DNA of 63,899 bases, the filler included, from Rhabdomonas costata (lineage: Eukaryota), in NCBI GenBank assembly GCA_019059605.1. It is 57 parts of 57 records of this genome, joined end to end, with 100 filler letters (N's around TTAATTAATTAA, not from the genome) between each part and the next. Parts side by side here need not be neighbours in the genome. Positions count along the whole stretch, not along the records: positions 51,655 to 52,677 come from JAHMHO010032961.1; positions 52,778 to 53,800 come from JAHMHO010032962.1; positions 53,901 to 54,923 come from JAHMHO010032963.1; positions 55,024 to 56,046 come from JAHMHO010032964.1; positions 56,147 to 57,161 come from JAHMHO010032965.1; positions 57,262 to 58,284 come from JAHMHO010032966.1; positions 58,385 to 59,407 come from JAHMHO010032967.1; positions 59,508 to 60,530 come from JAHMHO010032968.1; 49 more parts are not named here. One strand, 5' to 3'. Made by a program: the position numbers and the translations under genes. The notes below the pieces were generated by a model. That model had not been told where the DNA came from. It saw only the letters and a program-made list of their open reading frames with translations, and made no database searches. This document shows, piece by piece, positions 51,555-63,899 of the stretch. Position 1 is the stretch's first letter; every line of letters starts with the position of its first letter.

Positions 51555-52609
51555 NNNNNNNNNNNNNNNNNNNNNNNNNNNNNNNNNNNNNNNNNNNNTT
51601 AATTAATTAANNNNNNNNNNNNNNNNNNNNNNNNNNNNNNNNNNNNNNNNNNNNGGTGTTTTTGCATCATGGTCAATAGATGGGTCTGGTTCTGAGCCAT
51701 TAGTGTTCTTCTCCCAGTAGTTCGGGGGTAAAGGGTCTGGTGACTGCGGGGGCTGCATGGGGCACGGTAGGGGACTGCGGGGGTGCACTCATTTTTATCT
51801 CGGTATGTGTGCGTGGGGGGTTCCCTCTTTCAGAAGAATTTCTTCTCCCTGGAAACCGGTAGTAAAAAAGCGGTTGAAATAGACAAAAACCTTCGAAATA
51901 AACCCCTTTTCTTTCAAAGTCGGTAGAAAAAATGGACACATGGTAGGAAGGACAAAAGAAACTCACACCGCCGAGGCTCTGAACCAGGTGATGGGGCTCG
52001 GTCTCCCGAACATCGTACTGGGCTCAGGGCCCGTTTGCTGATACTTACTTACTTACTTTAGAAAATACTTAACTGATTTCGGTAGGAATTTAGTTTAAAG
52101 TCCTCTCTTTCCCAAATCCCAAAACAAAAACGTTAGAAAGAACCAAAAAAACAAACACACAGGTTCCACGTTCCACTTCGGAATTAGAAAAATACGGGAT
52201 TGAGGAAGTGGAGAGTAGTGTGTAAAAAATTGGAAATGGAAAGCAAATGGGCATGAAAAGTATGGAAAATATTTACATCAATTCATTGGCCTACGTTTTC
52301 GGGTCAGATCCTGTAGTTTTGTGTGGTTGGGAGTTTTGGTCTAGCAAAAGGGGGTTTCCAATTAGATTCCTTTAGTTTTGGTCTAATGATGTCGTAAATT
52401 TCAAAACATGCCGGTAGGGTCAAGTCACCAAAAGGTCCGCGGGGGAAAAGCGGTACCAAAACAAAACCAAAAACATGAAGAAAAAAACAAAAAACACAAC
52501 GGGTGTTGGGCAGGGAAACGATCGTAGCAATGGTCAAGGGGAATGACCAGAAAGGTCATTTGGCCAAAAAGGGACCTTCGTTAGGAGTAAAACGTGGGTG
52601 AAAGTATGC

Positions 52610-52673
52610 GTTGTGGGAATATGTGTTTCCGGCCAAGGATCATTCCTTGCCCGGAAACACATATTCCCACAAC
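52610..52673. repeat. Hairpin with 23-bp perfect arms at contig end
   Basis: gttgtgggaatatgtgtttccgg..ccggaaacacatattcccacaac. Confidence 0.9.
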
Positions 52674-53511
52674 CCCCNNNNNNNNNNNNNNNNNNNNNNN
52701 NNNNNNNNNNNNNNNNNNNNNTTAATTAATTAANNNNNNNNNNNNNNNNNNNNNNNNNNNNNNNNNNNNNNNNNNNNGTTGTGTGGGGTGTTAATGGGAA
52801 GCTCACCCCCGACTGATTCATCGCTAAGAGGTGGCCCAAGAAGCCGAGAGCGGTGCTCGTCGTGTAGTGTATGCGGTGAAGTAGCCAGCTATCATCCATA
52901 TCCATAGTTCTCTTGGGGGGCGGGGGGATACCTAGAACCTGCTATATGAATGCTAGGAATACGTATCTCCCCGCCCCCTCCGAAGTGACCCTGGAAACTA
53001 GAACCAGGCATTGCTCGCGTACGCGTCGCCATAAAACGGTGAAAAGATCAGCAACACCTTCTGAATTGTACAAAACGAGACACTCGCAACGTAACATCAT
53101 ATTAATAATAGTTTCTATGCCTGTACCATGTGAATAGTGAGTGCGACAGAAAACATAAACACAGCCAGGATCCCCCAGACATCTGAAAAACGTCAGTAAT
53201 GTCAGTAACGTCAGTAAACGTCAGTAAAAGGAAAAGAAACTATGGTGCTCCGAAAGTAGAAGCTGCGCAGTCGAGGTTTACACTGGAAGGTCATTTTACT
53301 TTCCCGAAGCACTTCGTCAGTTCAAACCCTGAAGTTTGGTGAAACTTTTTCCCTCAAACATTTTGGGCAAGGCGGGCTCATTCTGCAGCACTTTTACTCC
53401 TTTATTCTCTCATTCAACAAAAAACAAGAATCGGGGGCAGAAAGCAGCCCATAAAATGGGTGAACCATCCCAAGAAAAAAGCAGAAAACGCGCAAGTTTG
53501 TCTCCACTCAC

Positions 53512-53759
53512 CTCCAGTTTGGCTCGCAATGACCGCACTTCGCAGGCGAACGTGAAAAGCCTCTCAAAGAACACGTTGTTGCCGCTCTGGCCGCGGTAGA
53601 GCTCTGGGCTGAACACAAACGTCCTCCAGATCCGGCGCTCCGGCACGCTGGCCTCGGACAGGGTGACATGGAGCCGCTCCAGGTGGTCGCTGCTGATCCA
53701 GTTGCGGTGCACCAAGTCCACCACCAGCTGGTTCACTACAGTGTCCTTGGCACTCATAC
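53512..53759 (-). CDS. Hypothetical protein exon
   Basis: GC3-rich frame ending at a strong GAG|GTGAGT donor: DTVVNQLVVDLVHRNWISSDHLERLHVTL..FFERLFTFACEVRSLRAKLE. Confidence 0.6.
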
Positions 53760-56700
53760 CTGCCCCCATTCTGGAGAGTTACTACTCAACCCCACCCCAC
53801 NNNNNNNNNNNNNNNNNNNNNNNNNNNNNNNNNNNNNNNNNNNNTTAATTAATTAANNNNNNNNNNNNNNNNNNNNNNNNNNNNNNNNNNNNNNNNNNNN
53901 GCTGATGGGGGATCCGTGGGGGAGGGTACGTGTACGGTTATTTGCACAGACGGTTCGCCGAACGTCAGACCATATGAACAAGACTGTACGAGACATAGTA
54001 CTTGCAGACAGGAAAGCAGGGAACGATGGAAAATCGACGTGTGAAGCATACTTGGGGCGGGAATGGTGGCACAAAAAAAATAGGTGCTGCGAAGAGGTGG
54101 GTCAGGCAGAAACAGAAAGGGGGCGAGGAGAGCGTATTTCAAATAGTGGTGGGGTAGACTCGGCCCCACCCCTCGCTTTACCACCCTCCTAACTATACAC
54201 AGCGCCCCTGTAATGGCGTGTCCTCCGGAAACAGAACGCGTCGTCATCAAAAATCGGTTAAAAGCCAACCATGGGCGATGGAGAGTGGCGCTTACTTTGT
54301 GGACCTGGAAGTTTGGATATCTGCGTACGGCTGCAAGTACTGCGAAGAATCCACGGGTTTTGTGGATGAAGCGCAAGGCAGAGGGCTTCTTAATTAGCAG
54401 AGCGGTGGGTCGACAAGAGACCATACAGAGGCAGACCTCATAAAGAGCATCAGGAAGTACATCACCCACAGCGTGTTGCACACGCTGGTGGTCTGGGTGA
54501 TACGGGTGTGCTGCCCCATGTCGTGCAAGGTGAGGCTGTTGTACCACACCTAGGACGGAGTGATCAGTGGGCCTGAGCGGGACACTGTGTGGACTGATGG
54601 CATTCTCAGAAGCTTCGTATTTGCTGCCGAAACATGAAGGGAAGGAAAGGCAACCCACACACCCATTCAGGCGCCGGGGAAAGCTCTTCTGTCGCTGGGA
54701 CCTTCATTTACATTTTTTTTTGGAAAATCCCGCTGATAGAGAGTTGTGAGTATGCGTCCGAGGGTTTGATGTGAAAACTTCCTAAATTTCACTGCCTCCG
54801 CTGTGTCACTGTAAAACTCGAGCACCTTGATCCGACATTCCAATGCTACAACTCCTTTGGTCTTCTTGTCTTCGCGCGCGCTCGCGTGTGTGGAAGCCCT
54901 CTGCCTTGCGCTTCACACAACACNNNNNNNNNNNNNNNNNNNNNNNNNNNNNNNNNNNNNNNNNNNNTTAATTAATTAANNNNNNNNNNNNNNNNNNNNN
55001 NNNNNNNNNNNNNNNNNNNNNNNTGAAATTTGCTCAGTGTGTCTCCATTTTTGAATAGATGGTGCCTTGAAAACTCGTCGAAATGGCAGCTGATACACCG
55101 ACTCATACCGGTCACGGCTTCCAACCTTCTTGTCTCATAGCGGGAGAAGTGTGGAAAAACAAATCCGAACGTGCCTCAACCCGATCCTGAACTTCAGAAG
55201 GTCTTGAAAATTGAGTTACATGAGGCAAAAAACAATTATTCGCAAGTTGGTGGAGGAAGCAAAGTAACGCCTGCTGTCTCTTTAATTCACCACGCGCGCC
55301 AATCTGGCTCACTGAATCAAACCTATTGGATTCTATGGCGCCCAGTCAGTTCCACGCAGCCATACTATCGCTGCTTGTACTCCTTGCATCGAAGAATTTA
55401 ATTGCTTCCACCATTGAGGATTTAATAGCGACAACAAATGGAATCACTTTTTGACAAAATGGTTGTGGAATAGAACACATGCACGCGGACACAGTGTGCT
55501 TAAAGAGACAATAATTTCAATCTGAGGATACGAGAACATCTCAGCACTCAAGTAAAAGTGCATCCCGCAGATTCATGAACTGGTGCAGACCTGCTGTTAC
55601 AACACCTGCTTCATAAGGCCCACACGATTTATACTTCACGGTTTACTTGCGGACCGGTATCGCCCAATGATAAGTATAAGGGGTACCTGCTTGAATGCAA
55701 TGACGCAGGAAGGAGAACCTCCGTGTGGACTGCGGAAAGTCATGGCTAATTACACAGTTAGGTCATTTATTTTACAAAAAAGATCATCAAGCAGCCGAAT
55801 ACTAGATGTACATATGCAAACAAGACGTCAGCTTACATGGACGCCAATGTGTGGAATGCGCTGTCAGCGTCAATGTGGATGATGGAGGAGACTCCACTGG
55901 CACAGCGCATCAAGATGCTGATAAGAGGCGTTGCAGACTATTCCACCGAAGACCACAAGATGAAAACATTAGGCATTTATCACTCCACTCCTGACCACAG
56001 GCCACCAATTGAGGTGGACTCCTGTGACCAACCGACACCCCCCCACNNNNNNNNNNNNNNNNNNNNNNNNNNNNNNNNNNNNNNNNNNNNTTAATTAATT
56101 AANNNNNNNNNNNNNNNNNNNNNNNNNNNNNNNNNNNNNNNNNNNNTTGTTGGGTGACGAATGTCTCGAAAATGGATCTGTGTCTGCCATTGTGTCGCGA
56201 GCGGTGCTGGTGTTACAACCCATGCTTCATACGCCAAAGCAGGCCGCAACACTTGGCTCTCTGCCACTTCCATCGCGGCCATTTGCAGGTTTTTTTCTTT
56301 CCTTGATGCTATTCGCCCTGAATTGGGCTGGAAAGACTCTTCTTAGCACCTTTCGACCCCCTCCCCCTGTTTTAGCTTACGTTTTCGGCCAGAGTTACTT
56401 AGCACCCCTATGACGGCAAAGCCCGAGAGTATGCAGGCTTGAGTTGGGGGGGGGCTTTTCTATTTTAGATGGCGATCAATTGCCATCCTCATTTCGTCTC
56501 TCTTCTTGAAGAGAAAGCCTTCATGACATGCCCTTTCATGGTACCCGCTACAGGAATCCAGCAGCAAGACCCTTATTCCTTTTCAATGTGGGACAGGAAA
56601 CACGTCCTCACTCCCTCGCTCCCTGCTACATCGTCCGACAGGGGGAGGTCACCTTCTCACAGTGGATGCAACCCAAAGGAAGGCCGACCCCGCATGTGCG

Positions 56701-59700
56701 GGCACGTCGGCCACCTCAAGCACCCACCCCACTTCGGAGAAGGCATCCCCTCCCCTACTCTGAAAGCCGTCCCTGGGGAAAGGACCTCCCCGAAAAAACG
56801 GTACTCCTGGCGGCAACCCAAGCACTCACACACTTGCAAGCGCATACAAACTGAGGAATGACAAAATGAGGCCACCAACACCAGAATGGGACAAGGAAAA
56901 GGAAGGGGGGGAGGAGCTGACGGTGAAGAGGTCGTGTGCACCGCCAGAGTCGGAGTGGAAGGTGTTGGGGTACAAAGTCCGCAACTTCGGGACCAATCGT
57001 AGCGAAGGTACTAATGAGAGGCGCATGGCCGTGGATCGGCCCCTACAAGCAGCAAAGAGAGGAGAGAGATGAAGGCAAGGTGGCGACAGAAGGCAGGCAA
57101 CAACTAATTACACGGAGCAAAGAAGCAGTGAGGCACACACACAACCAAACACACCCACCACNNNNNNNNNNNNNNNNNNNNNNNNNNNNNNNNNNNNNNN
57201 NNNNNTTAATTAATTAANNNNNNNNNNNNNNNNNNNNNNNNNNNNNNNNNNNNNNNNNNNNTGTGGGTTTTTCGAACGCCAGGCTCTTCGCCGCATGCAT
57301 GTGGGACCATTTACTGACCTGTTGTGACGGCTGCACCTGGTGCGGAAGCATCCAGATTTTAGAAACTAACAGAGGCACCTTAACTACACCGCCTCCAGCG
57401 GGTGTCGCGTGCAGCACATCTTTCGCACAGGGAACCCCACCACTAGCACTGCGCCGCCCGCCTCGCCTCCGAACGGCTGCGCCGTCGCAGTCCACCCATC
57501 TCGAGACGGCCACAGAAGAAGAGGAAGTTGTGGACGAGGACGAGCCCAAGGCTGAGGGCGCCATGGGGACACTGGCAGTCGCCAGCCGCCCAGCAAGGAC
57601 AGCCAGCGCGGCGCGCTCAACTTCCTCCCCAATCGCAAACCGAATGCCGTCCTGTTATATTTTTGGAGTGTTGAGCTTTGCACCAACAGCAGCACGTGTG
57701 GCGAAGAGATGAGGGCAGCCCGAGCCTCGTTTCCCGTGTTTCACAATAGCATCCCACGACATCAACTGCTGCTTTGCAAAGAAGAGCTAGACACAAGAAA
57801 GCCAAGAGAGAGTCAAGCAGGTCAGCAGTGTGTGGTCCTCTTCACTTGAACCCCGCAAACAGAAGCAACTATTTGGAAGAGAAAGTATGTAGAGATTGTG
57901 TTTAAGCCCTAAGGTTTCCGCATACCGCGGCTCTGGGCCTGTCCTCGAGCATGTCCCCGGATGCCGCCTCCAGCGGGGGACCCCCAACCGCGCCCAAGAC
58001 GCCAAACAGTGCACAGCTGTCTTCGTGGCTGGCCAGAAGGGCGTCGGGCCAGTAGTTCGCCGCCACGGCGCCCGGCATCACCGCCACAAGCTGCACGGCG
58101 GACAGCAGAATCCCCTGAGGGAGCAGGGCGCAGGGCAGAGGGGTGATGCCTTCTTCTTCTTCTTCGAAGGCAGTCAAAAGAAAGGAGGTTGCGTACAAAC
58201 TCTTGCTTCACTAAATCCTGTCAATTTGGCAAAGCTGCCTTTGCTTGCGAAGGAATGGTGGGGGCAGACAAAACCACCCCAACANNNNNNNNNNNNNNNN
58301 NNNNNNNNNNNNNNNNNNNNNNNNNNNNTTAATTAATTAANNNNNNNNNNNNNNNNNNNNNNNNNNNNNNNNNNNNNNNNNNNNCCTGGTGGTTCGCTCG
58401 AGAATGTGTATTTTTATTTGAAGTCGCTGAGAGAAATTTTGGATTTACTGTAGCTCCTAGCGCTTCCCGTCTGCATCAGCTGCCTCATGCTCGCTAGTTG
58501 TCGTGCTCGCGCAATCTCTCAACACTTACTCGCAACTCAGCCCGCAGGACTGTATATCAGGTGGTGGCTCTTCTTTGAATTTGGATGCTATATAGGTTAT
58601 GTATGTACTCTAGTCTGAGGGGAGTGGAGGGGAAGGGGGGGACTTACAGCTCCAGATCTGCCAACACCACATTGTTGGCCAGTTGTCGCCCCACCGCCTT
58701 CGCAAAACCCAACCCCGGCACCACAACGCCGAGTTACACTTCCCTAAGGAACCGGGGGTAGGCTCGGAAATGCTTAATACTTTATTTTTGAAGCAAGAAG
58801 GGCCTGCGCCAGTTCCCACTGGGGCTTAAGTCGAAGAACAGCTTACAAACAGCTTACAAACAGCAAACACCAATCAAAGGCGTCGTGGTGGTGAAGGGCA
58901 GAAAATTCATACGGCCGCAGAAGGGTCAAAACTTCCCACGCAAATCAAAACAATAGACGTGGCCGGCGGAAAGGAACCGAGACCTTATTTCACAGAGCCT
59001 CTGAAAGTAAGGCAATGGAGACAGGAAGGCAAAGCAGGACGTTTACATGGAACCCGTGATGAGAGCGTTCACAAACGAGCAAACACCATGAAGATGCCCC
59101 TGTTCACCTCTTTTCAGCCGTTTTTAGGTGTCATTTTCTGTGGTTGTTGTTCTTTCGTCTCACTCAAGCGTGCACGCGAGCGCAGACACACGAGCTGCAA
59201 AAGCTCCCATGCCGCAAGGCGCGCCTTCAGGGTTTCCATGGGGGAGTTGTTGTTGAGGACGCCAACAACGTGCAAGGGGTGCACAGGCAGCAAAAATTAG
59301 GAAGAATAAAATGCGAGGATTGGGAGGTTACGCAAGGTGGCTTGAGGAAGAGACGATCCGTTCCCAGAGAGCCACCTGAGCGGGGTTGGGAGCGAAGGAA
59401 GAGGTCANNNNNNNNNNNNNNNNNNNNNNNNNNNNNNNNNNNNNNNNNNNNTTAATTAATTAANNNNNNNNNNNNNNNNNNNNNNNNNNNNNNNNNNNNN
59501 NNNNNNNGGTTGGGTTTGATCATGAGAAACAGCAAGAGATAATAACAAGAATAACAAGAAAGCCTCCCACAACATAAAGGGAACCAAAAGGTTTCGGTAC
59601 CTTCACCGCGGAGAAGATGCTGACTATCGACGGGTTGTGGAGATCCGCTGGCGACACCTGGCGCAAAGAACAGACAATTGATCGGCAAGGCCGGAGCAAG

Positions 59701-59873
59701 CAAAAAAAACGGCAATAAAAAGGGGAACAACGCGTCGAATAAGTTTCTCTGAGTGCAGCAGAGTGAAGCCGTGAAGAAATTGCAACTCTTTCCAAACAGT
59801 CCACAGCCAAAACTCCATCCAGACAAAATGACATTAGACTGTAGAAAAGGTTCTGGATTTCGGAGCGTAAAAC

Positions 59874-60412
59874 CTTCTCCAGGGTCCCCCCGTCGCAGTC
59901 CGCCCCGGTGCCGCCGTTGCACTTAATGAGCTCCAGCGGGGGGTATGCCGCCACCACATTCTCCGCCTTGGCGTCCACTATGAAAATGCTGTAGCCCTTC
60001 TGTAGGTTCAGGCTCACCAGGATCTGGTTCAGGAAGCCCAGCTCCATGTCCACCCCGGCCACCCCAAGCAGAGTCCCCTCTGGGGAGTACACCGCTGAGA
60101 AAGTGACAGTAGTGGGAGCGCCATACTAACGCCAACAGCGAAGTGGGTTTCACACCACTCCGTCTTATTCCATTCGAAGCCGATGGCCAGCGGGGGAAAA
60201 ACCGCATGCAAAAAATGGCAACCTGAGGAGTGGGTCAGCCAGAACCGCCCGAACCACAGGTACTGGTCCGTCCAACCCACGAAGTTGGGGTCGCTGAAGT
60301 TCACCAGGATGTACCACGGCTGCTTTGTGTTATCCGTGTCGGGGGCGTACCAATACAACGAGGTGGGGCGCCCCGCGGCGTCAGTGTACCACTCGGTCTG
60401 GTTCTTCGTGGC
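59874..60412 (-). CDS. dCache-type extracellular sensor domain (exons 60412-60223, 60094-59874)
   Basis: QPWY..GWTDQYLWF..THSSAVYSPEGTLLGVAGVDMELGFLNQILVSLNL..IFIVD; phase-compatible GT-AG intron. Confidence 0.85.
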
Positions 60413-60630
60413 CTGAGATTAACCAAAGTAATACCCCGAAACTGAGAGTTTGGATTGCGACATTTCCACAGAAGTCATTTTAGCGTATATTTATGCCGCG
60501 AAGGGACCAGCGGCATAAATAAACACACACNNNNNNNNNNNNNNNNNNNNNNNNNNNNNNNNNNNNNNNNNNNNTTAATTAATTAANNNNNNNNNNNNNN
60601 NNNNNNNNNNNNNNNNNNNNNNNNNNNNNN

Positions 60631-61281
60631 GGTGGTGTTGATCAGTCCCTCACGGATGAACTGAAGCAGCTTTTCCGGGAGATGGAAGCCGCTGCAAAGA
60701 GTGGCTTCGAGGGCTCTGCGGTGGAAGGCGCCAGTCCGGGTCCAGATGAGCAAAAGCTTCTGCAGAACGCCCAGATCTCCGTGATGAATCAGATCGGGGA
60801 GCTTACCAAGGCCTTTCAGCAGGAGCAGCGCAAATACCTTGCCGAGATCACACGGCAGCGTGGGCGAGCCAAGAGGCTCGTTAGCCTGGGCACCTCCTCC
60901 GGGGACCCAGAGGAAGAGCAGCGAGAAAAACTGATGGCCAGATACCTGGAGAAGGGGTTCACTGCGGAACAAATCGAGGCTCTGACCTTTCATGAGGAAC
61001 TGATCAACTCCCGGGACGCCGAGCTCAGCCGGATCTACCAAAGCATTGTCGACCTCCACGAGATCTTTAAGGACATGAACGCGCTGGTGATCGACCAGGG
61101 CACGCTTTTGGACCGGATTGACTACAATGTGGAGGAGACTCGGACTCGGATCCTGAGCGCCAACCGGGAGATCAAGAAGACCGTTGAGTACTCCGAGAAG
61201 AACGTGTTCCTGAAGCTCGTGGTTGTTTTGACGATGCTGATTCTGTTGATGATCGGGCTGCTGATATTGAAGAAGATATGA
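60631..61281 (+). CDS. STX16: Syntaxin-16/Tlg2-type Qa-SNARE, C-terminal part
   Basis: FQQEQRKYL; SNARE motif RDAELSRIYQSIVDLHEIFKDMNALVIDQGTLLDRIDYNVE; C-terminal TM and stop. Confidence 0.92.
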   Translation, partial: GGVDQSLTDELKQLFREMEAAAKSGFEGSAVEGASPGPDEQKLLQNAQISVMNQIGELTKAFQQEQRKYLAEITRQRGRAKRLVSLGTSSGDPEEEQREKLMARYLEKGFTAEQIEALTFHEELINSRDAELSRIYQSIVDLHEIFKDMNALVIDQGTLLDRIDYNVEETRTRILSANREIKKTVEYSEKNVFLKLVVVLTMLILLMIGLLILKKI

Positions 61282-61947
61282 CCGAAATGCGGAAGGATCC
61301 TACGCGCTTTTCCTTGAAAGCTGTAGATTTTTTTGCTCTGTTTCTTTTTAACTTTGGGCTGCTTCCATAATGTTGATACTTTCTTCTTGTACTGTGGTGC
61401 TTTGGAGGTTCGTGCTGGTCCCGTGTGGTTACCCGTTGTTTTCACGCTTTGTTCTGGAAAGGAGTTTTTTGTGAGTACACTTCGCTCTCACTCCAAGTCG
61501 CCCAAGGTAATTGAACGTAAACTATTGCGCGTAAAAATTGTGGTTTGCTTGGTTGGCAACACAGCATGTAACGCTTGAGGGAGAAAGCAAGCAGGTGACG
61601 GTTTGACGGGCCTTTCTTTTTCAAATTTTGCGGTTTCTTCTGCCCAACAACCCNNNNNNNNNNNNNNNNNNNNNNNNNNNNNNNNNNNNNNNNNNNNTTA
61701 ATTAATTAANNNNNNNNNNNNNNNNNNNNNNNNNNNNNNNNNNNNNNNNNNNNTGTTTTTGTACCGATTTTTGCCTTCTAGCTAATCTTGGATGGATTCT
61801 TTTAAAAATTCCACGCTTAAGGGCGCGTTCTCCTTCTCAGTCGGCTGGCGCGCTGTCTGGCTTGGTACTGAATTGGTTCTGTATTCTTTGGATCGATTAA
61901 TTCACGCGAGCGCGAACCGTGGGCTACTGAGTTGTTGCAGTTCACAG

Positions 61948-62552
61948 GGTGGGGGGTATACGTGTGGATCTTGGGCCGATGGGGATGTGACGCAGGCCTG
62001 CCAAGTCGCGGCAGAGCTCCTCCGTGCGGCCAGGAGGCATGGCTTTGAGGCGCACATTGGGGTGGCCCACCGCCCGGCCTGGTACAGCCCGGTGGGGTGC
62101 GACACCATGAAGGCCTTCCAGGTGCGCTCTGCCGCTCCTACCGAGGGAAGTTGCCGCACCTTTTCTCATTCATCTCTGACGGTAAAACGTTAGCAGTCTT
62201 GTGAAGTATTGGGTGGTACCGTGGTACCACCCGTTTGTAGCCAAATATTAATCAGTTGCCGAGTGCCAGATTCCTAGGATCTTGGACCCTGCGCAGCAAT
62301 TAACCTCTGCTCGCCCAAGGGCGGTTTTTGCGACGACGACGCATCACCGTCCTCAGATCGGTTCGTTGCGGTTCGTTGCGTTTCTCTTGCTTGCTTCGAG
62401 AAATGGTTTGCATGCGCTGAGAGATGGACCCAGAGTCCTTCTTCATACACGCCAGCGTACCATGTGCCTCTGTGCCCGTGATGGGCCCGCGATGTGTGCA
62501 CAGGTGCTGGGCCCCCTGTTCAGTATCACGCAGCTCCTTACTGCCCTAAACG
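61948..62552 (+). CDS. Degenerate class III nucleotide cyclase-like domain (exons ~61948-62121, 62504-62552)
   Basis: AHIGVAHRPAWYSPVGCDTMKAFQ|VLGPLFSITQLLTALNE follows the cyclase IGxxxGxxxxGxxG..xxxG layout but lacks the catalytic N/R. Confidence 0.6.
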
Positions 62553-62876
62553 AGTCGTACAACACTTGCATCCTCACCGGTTCACCTTCTTTTGCGCGTC
62601 TCTTTGCTCGTTTGCTAAGTTCTCACCGATTGATCCCCAATTTTCCGGACACGCGCTTTGTCTATGCATGCCGTGAAACCTGCTCTTGCTTGGAAGGCTG
62701 GCGTGTCACACTTCACCAAGTGACACACACTCTTGCTCGAGCTTTCTCTTCGATGATGGTATACTTCACAAAACCCNNNNNNNNNNNNNNNNNNNNNNNN
62801 NNNNNNNNNNNNNNNNNNNNTTAATTAATTAANNNNNNNNNNNNNNNNNNNNNNNNNNNNNNNNNNNNNNNNNNNN

Positions 62877-63800
62877 TGTGGGGTTGGCCAAATGTGGACT
62901 GCTGCCAGTTTTTCTGGCATGGTGCGGACACCTTCGTGTCCCACGATGAAACCACAGTACTCAACTTCCGGTTGACAGAAGGAGCACTTTTCTGGGTTGG
63001 AAAAGAGATTATTCTTGTCAAGTCGTTCGTACACTTGTCGGATGGCGTGCAGGTGTTCCTCAAGCGCGTTAGTAAAGATTAGCACATCGTCAATGTACGC
63101 TACGGCAAACTCACGGAGATCTGACAGGACAAAGTCCATCGTCCGTTGGAAGGTAGAGGGGGCGTTACACAACCCAAATGGCATGAACCGGTAGTGAAAC
63201 GTGCCATACTTAGTCTTAACGTCAGTACTGTGGACGTGCTTCGGTTACACTTGGATTTTGTGAAAGCCAGAGTGGAGGTCAAGCTTGGTGAAGTAGCAAG
63301 CCTTCCCCACCTGATCAATCATTTCATCAATCCTCGGTAGGGGGTACGAGTCTACTGTAGTGATTGCGTTCAAATGTCGGTATTCAACACAAAGTCTAAG
63401 TTTTCCGTTAGCTTTGGGTGCAAAAAGGATGCCTGCTCCGTAAGGAGACACGGTAGGTTCAATGAATCCAAGATCCGTTAGTTCCTTCATCTGCTTGCGC
63501 AACTCCTGATCTTCAAGGGGACATGCGGTAGAGTCGTTGAGCTGGAACTTTGGCGTCCTTCACCAGGTCTATTTTGTGATCGGTAGGCCGGGAGGTAGGC
63601 AGACCTGGGGGCAGCTTGTATGGGAAGAGATGCGCGAACTCTTGGTTGAGTTCAAGGACCTCCTTCGGCACGGCGGCCTTGCGGCGCGGGGGACCACAGA
63701 TTTCGTGGTCGAGGTTTTTGAGGCCAAGCTGCATCTCAACGAGACGGCGTGGGGACAGCTTTCGTCTTCTCTTGGATTTTAGCTTCGGCTCTGCTAGGCT
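62877..63800 (-). mobile_element. Ty3/Gypsy reverse transcriptase, pseudogenised
   Basis: LPPGLP..DHKIDL..SPYGAGILF..YPLPRIDEM..KLDLHSGFH..MPFGLCNAPSTFQR..YIDDVLIF; frameshift near 63510 and TAA at 63245. Confidence 0.96.
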
Positions 63801-63899
63801 AGAGATCTGCTGGCGGTTTCGATCGGAGAGTTCCTCGGCGTCCTCTGAAGGGATGGCAAATAGCTCTGGTGGTAGCGAGGAACTCTCCGATCGAAACCC

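Noticed and set aside
51988-52041. Possible C/D box snoRNA (GTGATG..CTGA)
   Set aside because: Imperfect C box, no terminal stem and no recognisable rRNA guide.
1022-62876. Regularly spaced TTAATTAATTAA as a CRISPR-like or satellite array; ORFs ending X..LIN
   Set aside because: Artificial N-padded assembly linkers.

Overview
This is not a contiguous locus. It is a pseudo-scaffold of 57 unrelated ~1.02 kb contigs joined by 56 identical 100-nt linkers (N44-TTAATTAATTAA-N44), so adjacency across linkers means nothing and ORFs ending in X-runs are artefacts. The DNA is from an intron-rich eukaryote, most likely a euglenozoan (euglenid- or diplonemid-like): its PPDK and STE11 kinase exons carry kinetoplastid-type motifs but are split by cis-spliceosomal introns. 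G/T-only contig starts, C/A-only ends and terminal fold-backs suggest whole-genome amplification. Recognisable exons: class III nucleotide cyclases, Cache sensors, a Trk/HKT transporter, PPDK, 5-oxoprolinase, RBMX2, SLU7, MAPKKK, ABCF, an MDR oxidoreductase, syntaxin-16, SMI1/KNR4, CEP162-like and a bacterial-type MASE3 sensor. Gypsy, CRE-like and DIRS-like retroelement remnants are also present. The two best leads are (1) an R-S-E ADP-ribosyltransferase domain spliced in frame to a STAND/NACHT-like P-loop NTPase, a candidate NLR-like immune or toxin protein (5619-6641), and (2) an intact, intronless, AT-rich Polinton/PLV-type major capsid protein frame (50532-51554). All family calls come from motif recognition by eye; no database search was run.
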